Shown here: positions 37,720 to 46,899 of the stretch, piece after piece
How the letters are laid out: each line of letters starts with the position of its first letter
Position numbering within the stretch: the first letter of the stretch is position 1
Origin: a virus
Strand: one strand, 5' to 3'
Length of the DNA stretch: 64,000 nucleotides
Virus record (IMG/VR): IMGVR_UViG_3300045988_137804
Location: 1 to 64,000 of that record
Position numbers and translations under genes: made by a program
The notes under the pieces: model-generated
What the model saw: the letters and a program-made list of their open reading frames with translations, nothing else
Database searches by the model: none
What the model was told of the DNA's origin: nothing

Positions 37720-38203
37720 TAAAGTTAGTTTTGAACAGTTTAAAAAAGATTGGATTGATACATTTGGAGATGTAACAGAAGATAAGATTAAAGAGGTTTA
37801 TGATAACATTAAATTGCCAAAAAGAGCTACTGCAATGTCAGCAGGTCATGATATAAGCATTCCATTTGATACAAGTATTAAGAATGGCGAGGTTGTAAAA
37901 ATTCCTACCGGAATTCGATGCAAAATGGATGATGGATATGTAATGTTTGTGTTCCCCCGAAGTAGCATGGGAATTAAAAAAGGAATGGTAATTTGTAATA
38001 CTATTCCTGTAATTGATGGAGATTATTTTGGAGCAGATAACGAAGGTCATATCTTTATTTGTGTCACAAATACATACAAAAAATCAATAGAATTAAATTC
38101 TGGGGATAATATTGTACAGGCAGTTTTCACTAAATTTGGTGTAGCAGATGACGAAAAAATTACAGAAAAACGATTGGGAGGAGTTGGTAGCACTGGATTA
38201 TAA
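37697..38203 (+). CDS. dut: dUTP diphosphatase (trimeric dUTPase)
   Basis: SAGHDI, PRSS, IDGDYFG, and C-terminal motif V RLGGVGSTG. Confidence 0.8.
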   Translation: MQRIAKFSKVSFEQFKKDWIDTFGDVTEDKIKEVYDNIKLPKRATAMSAGHDISIPFDTSIKNGEVVKIPTGIRCKMDDGYVMFVFPRSSMGIKKGMVICNTIPVIDGDYFGADNEGHIFICVTNTYKKSIELNSGDNIVQAVFTKFGVADDEKITEKRLGGVGSTGL

Positions 38204-38855
38204 ACCTATAGATTTTGACGAATCAAAAGAAGTATGGAAATTATGTGATGATTATCCTGGCAATTATATTAGTAATTATGGAAGAGTTAAAAGGGATTCT
38301 TATACATATCATTATAAAAATGGAAAAATAAAAAATTACAAGCCTATAATAAAAAAATTAACTGAAACTAGCAAAAGGAAAGGTACAATTCAAGGGTATT
38401 TATGTACTCGAATGATTGGTTCTGATGGAAATAGTAAATGTGAAATGGGTCATAGGCTTGTAGCAAAAGCTTTTATTCCTAACCCAAATAACCTACCTAC
38501 AGTAAATCATAAAAATGGCAATAAACATGATAACCGAGTAGAAAATTTAGAATGGACTTCTTATTCTGACAACAATCAACATGCATACGCAAATGGCTTA
38601 AAAGGCGATAATGTTATAATGCTACAAGTTGACCAAGATAATTATATCAAACAAATATATTTTTCTGAAGAATATGCAGCGTTATGTAATTGTTTATCTA
38701 CGAAAAACATTAGAAATAGTTCTGAGAAAAATACGTTAGATTATTATAATAATAAATGGATTAGATTTTATCCAAACAAATACAAAATTACAGTAGACGA
38801 CAACGCAACGGAAGTTCGCAATGGTGGTTTCGGATCTACAACAAAATCTAAATAA
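38148..38855 (+). mobile_element. HNH homing endonuclease (NUMOD4-like N-terminus, then HNH)
   Basis: WKLCDDYPGNYISNYGRVKR; HNH core VNHKNGNKHDNRVENLEW. Overlaps the dut 3' end by 56 nt. Confidence 0.75.
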
Positions 38856-38877
38856 ACACATGTAATAATTATTGACA

Positions 38878-38920
38878 GGAATGCATAGTGTGGTAAAATG
38901 ATACTAACAAATGCATTCCT
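38878..38920. other. 10-bp-stem hairpin aggaatgcat...atgcattcct downstream of the HNH gene
   Basis: Seen directly. Confidence 0.5.
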
Positions 38921-39193
38921 CTATGTCCCTATGCAATCCAAATTTGCATTTTTTCATCAAAATTGTGTAAATTATTTTTGCACTTTTGTCGAGCGTCAAA
39001 TAAACGAAATAGTTTACAAAATAGACATAGAAGGTAGTGTTTTTGGGAAAATCTAAGAAAATGGTTTTAGTACCCAATTTTTGCTCTATGTCGAGTTCGA
39101 AAAATGGCTTAAAATAAGGCTTTTTTGAGGGTCAAAATCCTAATGAAATACCAATTTCATTCGAACTCAAAATCCACATTAAAAAGTAAAAAT

Positions 39194-39240
39194 AAAGGGT
39201 ACTAGACTTAGCAAATTGCTGGTTTAGTACCCTTTTATAA
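39194..39240 (+). terminator. Strong hairpin aaagggtact...agtacccttt, then a T-run. Terminator-like, with no gene immediately upstream.
   Basis: Seen directly. The loop contains a second palindrome, agcaaattgct. Confidence 0.45.
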
Positions 39241-39289
39241 AACGCAAAAATTATTTGCCCCAAAAGTGCAAAATTAGATTACACAATGA

Positions 39290-39450
39290 CATAGAGAATT
39301 TCCCAAAAACGATTTTTGGGAAGAAGATGAAAATGCCGATAAAGCCCGTGGTTGACACGTTTTCTCTTTCCCAAAAATTTTCCCAAAAATGAAGAAAAAG
39401 TTCCCAAAAACGATTTTTGGGGAAAATAGCCATTTTTGGGAAGCTTTATT
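39290..39450. repeat. Array of at least 7 copies of TTCCCAAAAA / TTTTTGGGAA. Two are arranged as the 23-bp palindrome TTCCCAAAAACGATTTTTGGG(G)AA. It lies immediately upstream of the TnsA-like gene and is a candidate transposon end (TnsB sites) or operator array. One inverted copy sits at 39041..39053.
   Basis: Seen directly. Confidence 0.6.
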
Positions 39451-39518
39451 CTTACACATGAATGCATTTGTTATTCATCAAAAACTGTATAAACATACAG
39501 ATGAAAGGAGCAAATGCT

Positions 39519-39863
39519 ATGCAGAAAAAGAATTACAAAGGTCGCTGCGAGAAATTAACAGTGCCAAAATCTAAGGATGTCTGCCATATCTATAATGACA
39601 TCCAAAAGTCTTATCTATTACAACTTCAGGACGATCCAAACATCAAAGAGATAAAATGTAATGTCCTTATGCTTGGATTGGAACTTGGAGAATTCACATC
39701 TGATTTTCAGTGTGTTACAGCAGACAACAATCTAATAGTGCGTGAATGTATCTCACGAGATGCTATCGCCAAACCAATGACAGCAAAACGATTAGATGCT
39801 TCAAGAGAGTATTGGTTTCGTCATGGCATAACAGATTGGGGGATTGTAACCGATGAAAAATAA
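39519..39863 (+). CDS. tnsA: TnsA-like endonuclease (short form) of a Tn7-like element
   Basis: Position and overlap with tnsB. Restriction-endonuclease-like D...E.x motif region SDFQCVTADNNLIVRECIS. AGGAG ribosome-binding site. Assignment is tentative. Confidence 0.45.
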   Translation: MQKKNYKGRCEKLTVPKSKDVCHIYNDIQKSYLLQLQDDPNIKEIKCNVLMLGLELGEFTSDFQCVTADNNLIVRECISRDAIAKPMTAKRLDASREYWFRHGITDWGIVTDEK

Positions 39864-41661
39864 GAGTCTATTTTATAATCCAAAAACCAAAGAAATATTT
39901 CGTGTGTTAGACAGTAAAGGTTCAAAAGTTCTTATCATTAATTGCACAAAGAAACAGATGCCTTATTGGACAGAATTCGATTCAATTTCTTCCTGTCGTT
40001 TAATCACAGAAGATGAATTACAGGACATGACTGGCACACATTTTCAAGAACTAACTGTACCATCAAAAGAATACAGATATGTTCAAGAAAGGTTTTCACT
40101 GATTTCAAATATCATTCCTATCATCGGAAATAAAAGCAAGCGTACTCAGATGATACGAATCATATCTGAAACAAATAATTGCAGTAAACAAACAATCAAA
40201 AACATCTTGTGCCAGTATCTCATCTATCAAAATATTTCTGCATTAGCACCGCAAAAGAGCAATGAAAAAGAACTAACAACAGATGAGAAAAACATGCGTT
40301 GGGCATTAAATAAGTTCTTCTATACAAAGAATAAGAATTCATTATCAACCGCTTACGTCATGATGCTTAAAGAAAAATATACAGATGAATACAACAACTT
40401 ATTACCACACCCAACCATTCATCAGTTCCGTTATTTCTATCGCAAAACAAAAAAGATGGAAACGTATTATATCTCAAGAGATGGCATAAAAGATTACCAA
40501 AGAAATCACAGACCATTGCTAGGAGAAGGAATTAGAACAGTTGCAAATAGCATTGGAACAGCTATGTTGGATTATACAATCTGTGATATTTATCTCGTAA
40601 ACGATAAACAAGAATTAATTGGTCGTCCATTAATGACAGCTTGCATTGATGTCTACAGCGGATTGTGTTGTGGTTACTCATTAACATGGGAAGGTGGAAT
40701 GTACAGTTTGCGTTCTTTGATGTTAAATGTGGTCACTAATAAGAAAGAACATTGTAGAAAGTTTGGAATAAATATCGAAGAATCCGACTGGAATTGTCAT
40801 CAATTACCTGCAACATTAATCACAGATAAAGGTTCAGAATATGCGTCAGAAAACTTTGAACAACTTACAGATTTAGGAGTGTCTATTATAAATCTACCAG
40901 CCTATAGACCAGAGTTAAAAGGATCAGTTGAAAAGTTTTTTGATATGATTCAATCACTTTATAAGCCACAGTTACTAGGAAAAGGTGTCATAGAATCTGA
41001 TTTCCAGGAACGTGGCTCACATGATTATAGAAGAGATGCTTGTCTAACATTAGAACAATTTGAAAAAATAATTCTTCGTTGCATCATCTATTATAATACA
41101 CAGAGAATTATCAAAAATTCACCACTGATTGAACAAAATATTCCGCCACATTCTTGTGACATATGGAACTATTATTTGACCTATAATGATGACTTTTTGA
41201 TAAGAATATCGCCACAGAATCTACTTTTATGTTTGCTACCAAGAACGAAAGGAGTGTTTAAAAGAAATGGTTTAAACGTCAATAGTCTCCGCTATAAGCA
41301 TAAAACATACACCGAAATGTATCTTGTAGGAGGAGATGTAACAGTAGCCTACAATCCAGAAGATGTTTCTTACATTTGGCTCATTGAAGAAAATGGAACG
41401 TATGTAAAATTTGAATTAATCAATTCTCAGTTCTATGGAAAGGATTTATCATTTGTAGAAAAATATATGGAGTCATCTAAGAAGCTAATTGCAGAAAATA
41501 CCGATGATAATTTACGAGCAAAAGTTACGCTTTCAAAAGATATAGATTTTGTAATTTCTGAAAGTGTACGTTCTAATGTAAGCACAAAAAATATCCGCAA
41601 GAATCGTCAGAAAGAACAGGAACTTACTCATAGAGATTTCGTAAAGGAGTATGAATTATGA
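39853..41661 (+). mobile_element. tnsB: TnsB-like DDE (Mu/rve-type) transposase
   Basis: DDE core DYTICDIY...TACIDVYSG...ITDKGSEYAS. Size and gene order fit. Confidence 0.8.
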
Positions 41662-42917
41662 TTAATATGAATAAAGTAATCAAAGAACTTCCTGATATGC
41701 TGTCCGGAAATGAACTTCAGAAAGCAATGTCTATTATTCCAAAATACGACAAACAGATTCAGGAAGATGGAAGTATGACCGAAAGACTTTTGAAATTATC
41801 TGACCTTTATAGCATTTATATTCCATCACAAATGTCTACTGAAATTTATAGCAAACTATATCTTGGAATCATTCGTTCTATGCAGAAAAAAGGAAACAAG
41901 TTAACTGTACAACAATTCAATTCAACTTATAGAACGATGCAGAATATTAAGAATAAAACTGGCAATCAGCAATATGATGGAATCATAGGTGGATCAGATT
42001 CATTTACAATTATTGGTGCAAGTGGGATAGGAAAATCATCAGCTATTTCTCGTGCATTGAATCTGATTGAAGCAAATCATGTAATAGAAATTGAACAGCC
42101 TTACACTAAAATACTTCCATGCTTAACAGTGCAATGTCCATTCGATTCTTCTGTAAAAGGATTATTACTTGAAATTCTTCGCAAAGTTGATGAGCAGTTA
42201 GGAACAGATTATGCACAAACAAAAAGGTTCACGACTGATATGCTTATAGGTGCTGTTAGTCAGGTGTGTTTAAATCATATTGGCTTGCTTGTTGTAGACG
42301 AAATACAGAACGTAGTTAATTCAAAGAACGGCAAGAACTTAATCGGATCATTGACGCAGCTAATCAACAATTCAGGCATTAGCATCTGCATGGTTGGAAC
42401 ACCAGATAGTGAAATATTCTTTGAACAGGCTATGCAATTAGCTCGTAGAAGTGTCGGATTAAAATACACAGCTTTGCCATACGATGAACATTTTTGCGAA
42501 GTATGTGAATGCTTATTTTCTTACCAATATGTAAAAAATATCACATATATAAATAGCACGACTATAGAATGGTTGTATCAACACAGTGCAGGAGTTATCT
42601 CTATTGTTGTATCATTAATTCATGATGCACAAGAGATTGCAATCTTAAATGGGAGAGAAGTATTAGATATTAAATCGTTAGACGAAGCATACAACAATAG
42701 ACTTTCTATGTTGCACGATTATATTAGACCTACTATGAGAAAGAAATCTATCGGCAATAATAAAATAAAGAAACAAAATATCATTACAACTTTGTCGATA
42801 AAAAATAGCGCAGATATTCAAACAGATTTAATACAAAGTCTTGCGAAAGAATGTAAGAAAGATGGAACAGATATTGTAGAAATACTGAGTCAACATATTA
42901 CAATTGAGGTGATTTAA
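41658..42917 (+). CDS. tnsC: TnsC-like AAA+ ATPase
   Basis: Walker A IIGASGIGKSS and Walker B LLVVDEIQN. Confidence 0.75.
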   Translation: MINMNKVIKELPDMLSGNELQKAMSIIPKYDKQIQEDGSMTERLLKLSDLYSIYIPSQMSTEIYSKLYLGIIRSMQKKGNKLTVQQFNSTYRTMQNIKNKTGNQQYDGIIGGSDSFTIIGASGIGKSSAISRALNLIEANHVIEIEQPYTKILPCLTVQCPFDSSVKGLLLEILRKVDEQLGTDYAQTKRFTTDMLIGAVSQVCLNHIGLLVVDEIQNVVNSKNGKNLIGSLTQLINNSGISICMVGTPDSEIFFEQAMQLARRSVGLKYTALPYDEHFCEVCECLFSYQYVKNITYINSTTIEWLYQHSAGVISIVVSLIHDAQEIAILNGREVLDIKSLDEAYNNRLSMLHDYIRPTMRKKSIGNNKIKKQNIITTLSIKNSADIQTDLIQSLAKECKKDGTDIVEILSQHITIEVI

Positions 42918-44318
42918 ATGATTGGATTTATGCCTAAATTATATCCAGATGAATTAGTGTATAGTTGGATTGCTAGGTATCATGTAAGAACTGGACATTA
43001 TAGTTATCAGCAAACAGCAAAACATCTACTAGATAAGAAAGCAAATATTGTCTCGAAAAAGTTTTTAAACGAATACTCAAATGAATTTTTTAACATCATC
43101 AAAAAGAATATTCCAATAAAAGAGTTAGTAATAAATCATAGTATGCTGTCAGCTTATATTAAATTTTTGCCAAAAGATAAGCGCAATAATCTAATAGAAT
43201 CCTATGAAAACAATTTAAGATATAAAGAGTCATCAATTGGATTTAAGACAAGAAGTAATGGTATTAGTATGCGATATTGTCCTATATGTGTAAAGGAAGA
43301 TCGAGAAAAATATGGAGAAACTTACTGGCACAGAGAACATCAATTTGTTGGAATTAATGTATGCACAAAGCATAAATGTTATCTTATAGATTCCAAAATG
43401 TCTGTAAAAAGTATTGATAAGTCTGAGTTTTATACCGCAGAATATGTCATAGAACAACATGATGATGTTAAGATTTCCAATAATGAGTATGAGATAAAGT
43501 TTGCCAAGTATTTTACAGAAGTCATAAATACAGAGTCAAATAATGACTCAAATATTGTGGAATATCTCAATACTATATTATTGAACTCAAAGTATAGAGC
43601 AAATGGATGTATGCTAAAAGATTTTAATAAATTGTACGATGATTATTCTGAATTATGCGAAAAGATTAATGTAAATATAATTTCTTCACAACCATCGTTA
43701 AGAGAGATATTAAAAAATAAACGCAGAACATTGGATATTTGTATCCTTGGAATGCTATTGAATATTTCGCCTTACGATCTCGTGAATAGAGTATTGCCAA
43801 ATACAAACAAAGAGGATATCAGAGAGCAAGTCATATTTTTAAGAGATGTAAAAAAGATGAGTTATAATCGTATTGCAAAAGAATTAAACGCAAGTAGAAG
43901 AGCAGTTGGTACAATATATCATAGTAAAAAAACTGAAAATGATTTAGATGTTCTTAAACTTCTTAAAGATGAACTGCCAAAATTCTATAATGGAGATTTA
44001 ACTAATGGAAGACCGCAAAAAATAACAGTATACACAGTTGAAAAACAATTTGATATTCCACAAAAAGTATTAATAAATAATAAATCCTATTATAACGAAA
44101 TAATCAAGTATGAAGAGTCTTATCCTGAATATTGGGCGAGAGAATTAGTATGGTCTTATAATAAACTAAAGGAAGATAAAGCATATATAAGTCAAAATAA
44201 AATAACCAAACAAATAAATATTCGTAAGGAGCAACCTGTAAAAGCTATACCATACATCTCTAAATATACAGACAAAGAAACTGCTGAAGCTATTAAATCA
44301 TTATTGCAAAAATCGTAA
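42918..44318 (+). CDS. tniQ: TniQ/TnsD-family target-selection protein
   Basis: N-terminal TniQ motif LYPDELVYSWIARYH and zinc ribbon CPICVKE...CTKHKC. Confidence 0.75.
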   Translation: MIGFMPKLYPDELVYSWIARYHVRTGHYSYQQTAKHLLDKKANIVSKKFLNEYSNEFFNIIKKNIPIKELVINHSMLSAYIKFLPKDKRNNLIESYENNLRYKESSIGFKTRSNGISMRYCPICVKEDREKYGETYWHREHQFVGINVCTKHKCYLIDSKMSVKSIDKSEFYTAEYVIEQHDDVKISNNEYEIKFAKYFTEVINTESNNDSNIVEYLNTILLNSKYRANGCMLKDFNKLYDDYSELCEKINVNIISSQPSLREILKNKRRTLDICILGMLLNISPYDLVNRVLPNTNKEDIREQVIFLRDVKKMSYNRIAKELNASRRAVGTIYHSKKTENDLDVLKLLKDELPKFYNGDLTNGRPQKITVYTVEKQFDIPQKVLINNKSYYNEIIKYEESYPEYWARELVWSYNKLKEDKAYISQNKITKQINIRKEQPVKAIPYISKYTDKETAEAIKSLLQKS

Positions 44319-44368
44319 AAAAATGGGGAATAGAAGAGTATTAAATCTCAACTATTCCCCATAATTAA
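44317..44368. terminator. Bidirectional rho-independent terminator (11-bp stem atggggaatag/ctattccccat) between tniQ (+) and the endolysin (-)
   Basis: Seen directly. A/T runs on both sides. Confidence 0.6.
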
Positions 44369-44378
44369 TTATAGAAAA

Positions 44379-45524
44379 TTATTTTAAAGCACCGCTTGAA
44401 TTAAAGCTATATTCTTTTCCACCTATTTTAATTATTTCATTACAAGCCATTGATCCATCATCTTTAAGATAATATTTTGTGCCTTTATCTGTAACCCAAT
44501 GATTTCTCATCATTGCTCCGACTGGGATACAATCCTTATCTTTATTATACCAATACCATTTATTATTTTTTTTTAACCAACCAGTTACCATTGAACATCC
44601 TGGAAATCCAGAGACTTCTCCACTTGATACAAAATAATAATCATTTGTCCCATCATTATATTCGCCTAAAACTGCTGAACCAGTTTGATGATTTTTACCT
44701 CCACTTGTTCTCAATAGATACCAAAAACCATCAATTTTTCTCCAACCCGTAACCATCGCACCGATTGCATAATATGGCGTATTAGATTCACTTAAATAAT
44801 ACCAGTCGCCATTATCACAAAGCCAACCAGTTTTCATACTGCAATCATCATTAAAATAATACCAATGTCCATTTATTGATTCCCATTTATTATTTATAGC
44901 ATAACCATTTTTGTCAAAGTAGTACCAAACGTTATCTAGACATTTCCACTGTTCCTTTGGGTATGATTCGTCATCATTTCTATACCACCAGCCAATATTG
45001 TCTTTTTTCCAACCAACAGATATTTTATTAGTAATATCTTTCTTGAACTGATTCCAAATAGAAGAGTCACAACCGTTTGCACCCCAACCTGTCCAACCTG
45101 GACAAGACTTAGAGCATACATCCCAATGACGAACAACATGAGCTGCATCGATGTTATATTTCTTCATAAGTGTTTTAGTAAGTTCAACTGTATTTCTATA
45201 TGTTCCATCAGAAATCTTTCCGTCTGTAGAACACATTTCGATGCTAATTGAATTACTATTCGTACATTTTCCAAATAAGTTATTTGAACCGTAATTTCTT
45301 CCAACAGCCCAAGCCGTGTCACTATCGGAAACTACCTGTACTACGTTCTCTGTATCAACGAAATAATGAGCAGATGCACCACGGTTAGTACTTTTAAAGT
45401 AGTTGCCGTTGTTCACAGATTTGTCCCACCAATTTCCTGTGTAGTGAATTACAATATACTTTCTTCCGTTATTACCTTTTGTGTAATTAACTTTAGTAAG
45501 GTTTTGAATAAGTTTGTAAGCCAT
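44379..45524 (-). CDS. Endolysin: N-acetylmuramoyl-L-alanine amidase (Amidase_2/PGRP) with C-terminal choline-binding-type cell-wall-binding repeats
   Basis: YIVIHYTGN...SAHYFVD. Repeated GW..DNGDWYY / TGW.K.dg.WYY modules. Confidence 0.8.
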   Translation of the reverse strand: MAYKLIQNLTKVNYTKGNNGRKYIVIHYTGNWWDKSVNNGNYFKSTNRGASAHYFVDTENVVQVVSDSDTAWAVGRNYGSNNLFGKCTNSNSISIEMCSTDGKISDGTYRNTVELTKTLMKKYNIDAAHVVRHWDVCSKSCPGWTGWGANGCDSSIWNQFKKDITNKISVGWKKDNIGWWYRNDDESYPKEQWKCLDNVWYYFDKNGYAINNKWESINGHWYYFNDDCSMKTGWLCDNGDWYYLSESNTPYYAIGAMVTGWRKIDGFWYLLRTSGGKNHQTGSAVLGEYNDGTNDYYFVSSGEVSGFPGCSMVTGWLKKNNKWYWYNKDKDCIPVGAMMRNHWVTDKGTKYYLKDDGSMACNEIIKIGGKEYSFNSSGALK

Positions 45525-45562
45525 AAAAATACCTCCTTTGAAATAAAAGAACTTTATAGATA

Positions 45563-45599
45563 CAAAAAGAGAGCAACGAATAAAATCGTCACTCTCTGA
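45563..45599 (-). terminator. Hairpin plus T-run on the - strand after tail gene 45625..46887
   Basis: agagag...ctctct stem followed by ttttt on the - strand. Confidence 0.4.
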
Positions 45600-45624
45600 A
45601 TTAATAAAATTAGATATTTAGTTG

Positions 45625-46887
45625 TTAGATTCCTCTGGTTACTAGTAATGTTCCACTTGTAAGATCTGGTAATCCTGTAAGTTTTCCATTAGATACCCCT
45701 AGTGTAATAGAAGTGGCAGATGGTGTTCCATATGTTACAGATTTATAATAACTTGTTCCGTTGAATGCATACATAGTAGTGGTTGAAGTTCCCCATGAAC
45801 TTGAACTGGAAGCTGTAGCATAACCATACGCTTTGATTGTCCCAGATGTAGTTTTAAATGATACTGTTGGGTTTGTAACATCAATCAAATAAGCTTCGCA
45901 ATTGTTATTGGACGATGTTGAAGATGAAGAATCTCCAGTATATGTACCAGTTACTCCAAGAATTGATACTCCAGATTTGATATTAGAAGCAATAATTTTA
46001 TTTTGTTCTGTAGAAGAAATTGATACTTTTCCAGAGCCATTATGGTATCCGGATGGAATAGTATATGTTCCAGCTTTAGTAGAAATTGTTCCAGTAACCG
46101 CACCATTATTTGTCATTGTACCTGTAGTTTTACCACTACTAATATAAGCGGTTTTACCAGAGAGAATGTTTGTTGCTGTAGCTGTTGCATCTGAAGTGTT
46201 TGTGCCTGTGGAAGTACCAGAAGAGGAGACATCGAGTGTTCCAGTCAATTTAACGCCGTTAATTGATGTAAATGTAACACCTTTTTTTACTTCTCTAACA
46301 GAAGCATTACCAAATTTGCTTGCATCCACAAGCAAAGTCAAATCTTGATCACCTACATATGCGCCGATTTTATCATCATTATTAGGATTCCAAGTCCCAG
46401 TTATTTTTGCAAATTTTAAATTATAACCTCCAATCGAGCTTACATGTGTTTCTACTGAAGACACGGTATGTGCAACATCTGGATTTCTAGGTAATGTTCC
46501 ACTAATATTTACGCCATTCGCACTTGTAAAAGTATAGCCTGATACAACAGCGTCTTGTGGCGCGTCACCAAATTTATTAGCTCTTGTTGTTGTTGTTAAA
46601 ATATCGCCCTGTTGAACAATTGCTTTGTTTGTATCTGCATTAGATCCCAAATTATTTACATTTTGTGAAATACTAATACTTGCTGATGTACCGCTTTTAT
46701 TATATATAGGATCTGTACCAACTGAGCCATATTGAAACAAATCTGTTCTATGTTCAAGCGTACCAGTAATAGCAGTACCACTTTTATTATGAGCCTTTAC
46801 GCCACTTGCCATACCACTCGCAGTAACCGTATCCCCTGTCAAATCAATCAGAGTTTTTCCATTATAAACAACTTTATTTGTCGCCAT
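45625..46887 (-). CDS. Tail or receptor-binding structural protein with internal repeats (GVTFTS.NGV.ISGTL)
   Basis: Ser/Thr/Gly-rich with a repeated module. Located in the tail block. Confidence 0.5.
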   Translation of the reverse strand: MATNKVVYNGKTLIDLTGDTVTASGMASGVKAHNKSGTAITGTLEHRTDLFQYGSVGTDPIYNKSGTSASISISQNVNNLGSNADTNKAIVQQGDILTTTTRANKFGDAPQDAVVSGYTFTSANGVNISGTLPRNPDVAHTVSSVETHVSSIGGYNLKFAKITGTWNPNNDDKIGAYVGDQDLTLLVDASKFGNASVREVKKGVTFTSINGVKLTGTLDVSSSGTSTGTNTSDATATATNILSGKTAYISSGKTTGTMTNNGAVTGTISTKAGTYTIPSGYHNGSGKVSISSTEQNKIIASNIKSGVSILGVTGTYTGDSSSSTSSNNNCEAYLIDVTNPTVSFKTTSGTIKAYGYATASSSSSWGTSTTTMYAFNGTSYYKSVTYGTPSATSITLGVSNGKLTGLPDLTSGTLLVTRGI

Positions 46888-46899
46888 ATAATCCCTCCT

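Noticed and set aside
39290-39450. Possible CRISPR array suggested by the repeated TTCCCAAAAA units
   Set aside because: Units are only about 10 bp, occur in both orientations, form palindromes with 3-bp centres, and are separated by irregular spacers of 5-50 bp. There are no cas genes. They fit transposon-end or operator sites, not CRISPR repeats.
39251-39574. Four short ORFs (39251..39433 -, 39274..39459 -, 39279..39467 -, 39389..39574 +) rich in FPKNRFWE / FLGKF peptides
   Set aside because: They are translations of the TTCCCAAAAA repeat array in several frames. No ribosome-binding sites are present.
44566-44576. T-run (about 11 by my count) inside the endolysin gene as another phase-variation tract
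   Set aside because: The supplied translation (…WLKKNNKW…) requires A9 to keep the frame, while my visual count gives 11. The count is unreliable and the tract is shorter than the C10 and A18 tracts, so I make no claim.
45902-46348. Plus-strand ORFs 45902..46147 and 46166..46348 (Pro/Val/Glu-rich) within the tail gene 45625..46887
   Set aside because: Nested antisense to a long - strand gene whose Thr/Ser/Gly-rich repeats generate Pro/Val-rich complementary frames. The same applies to the other + strand ORFs inside - strand tail genes and - strand ORFs inside + strand replication genes.
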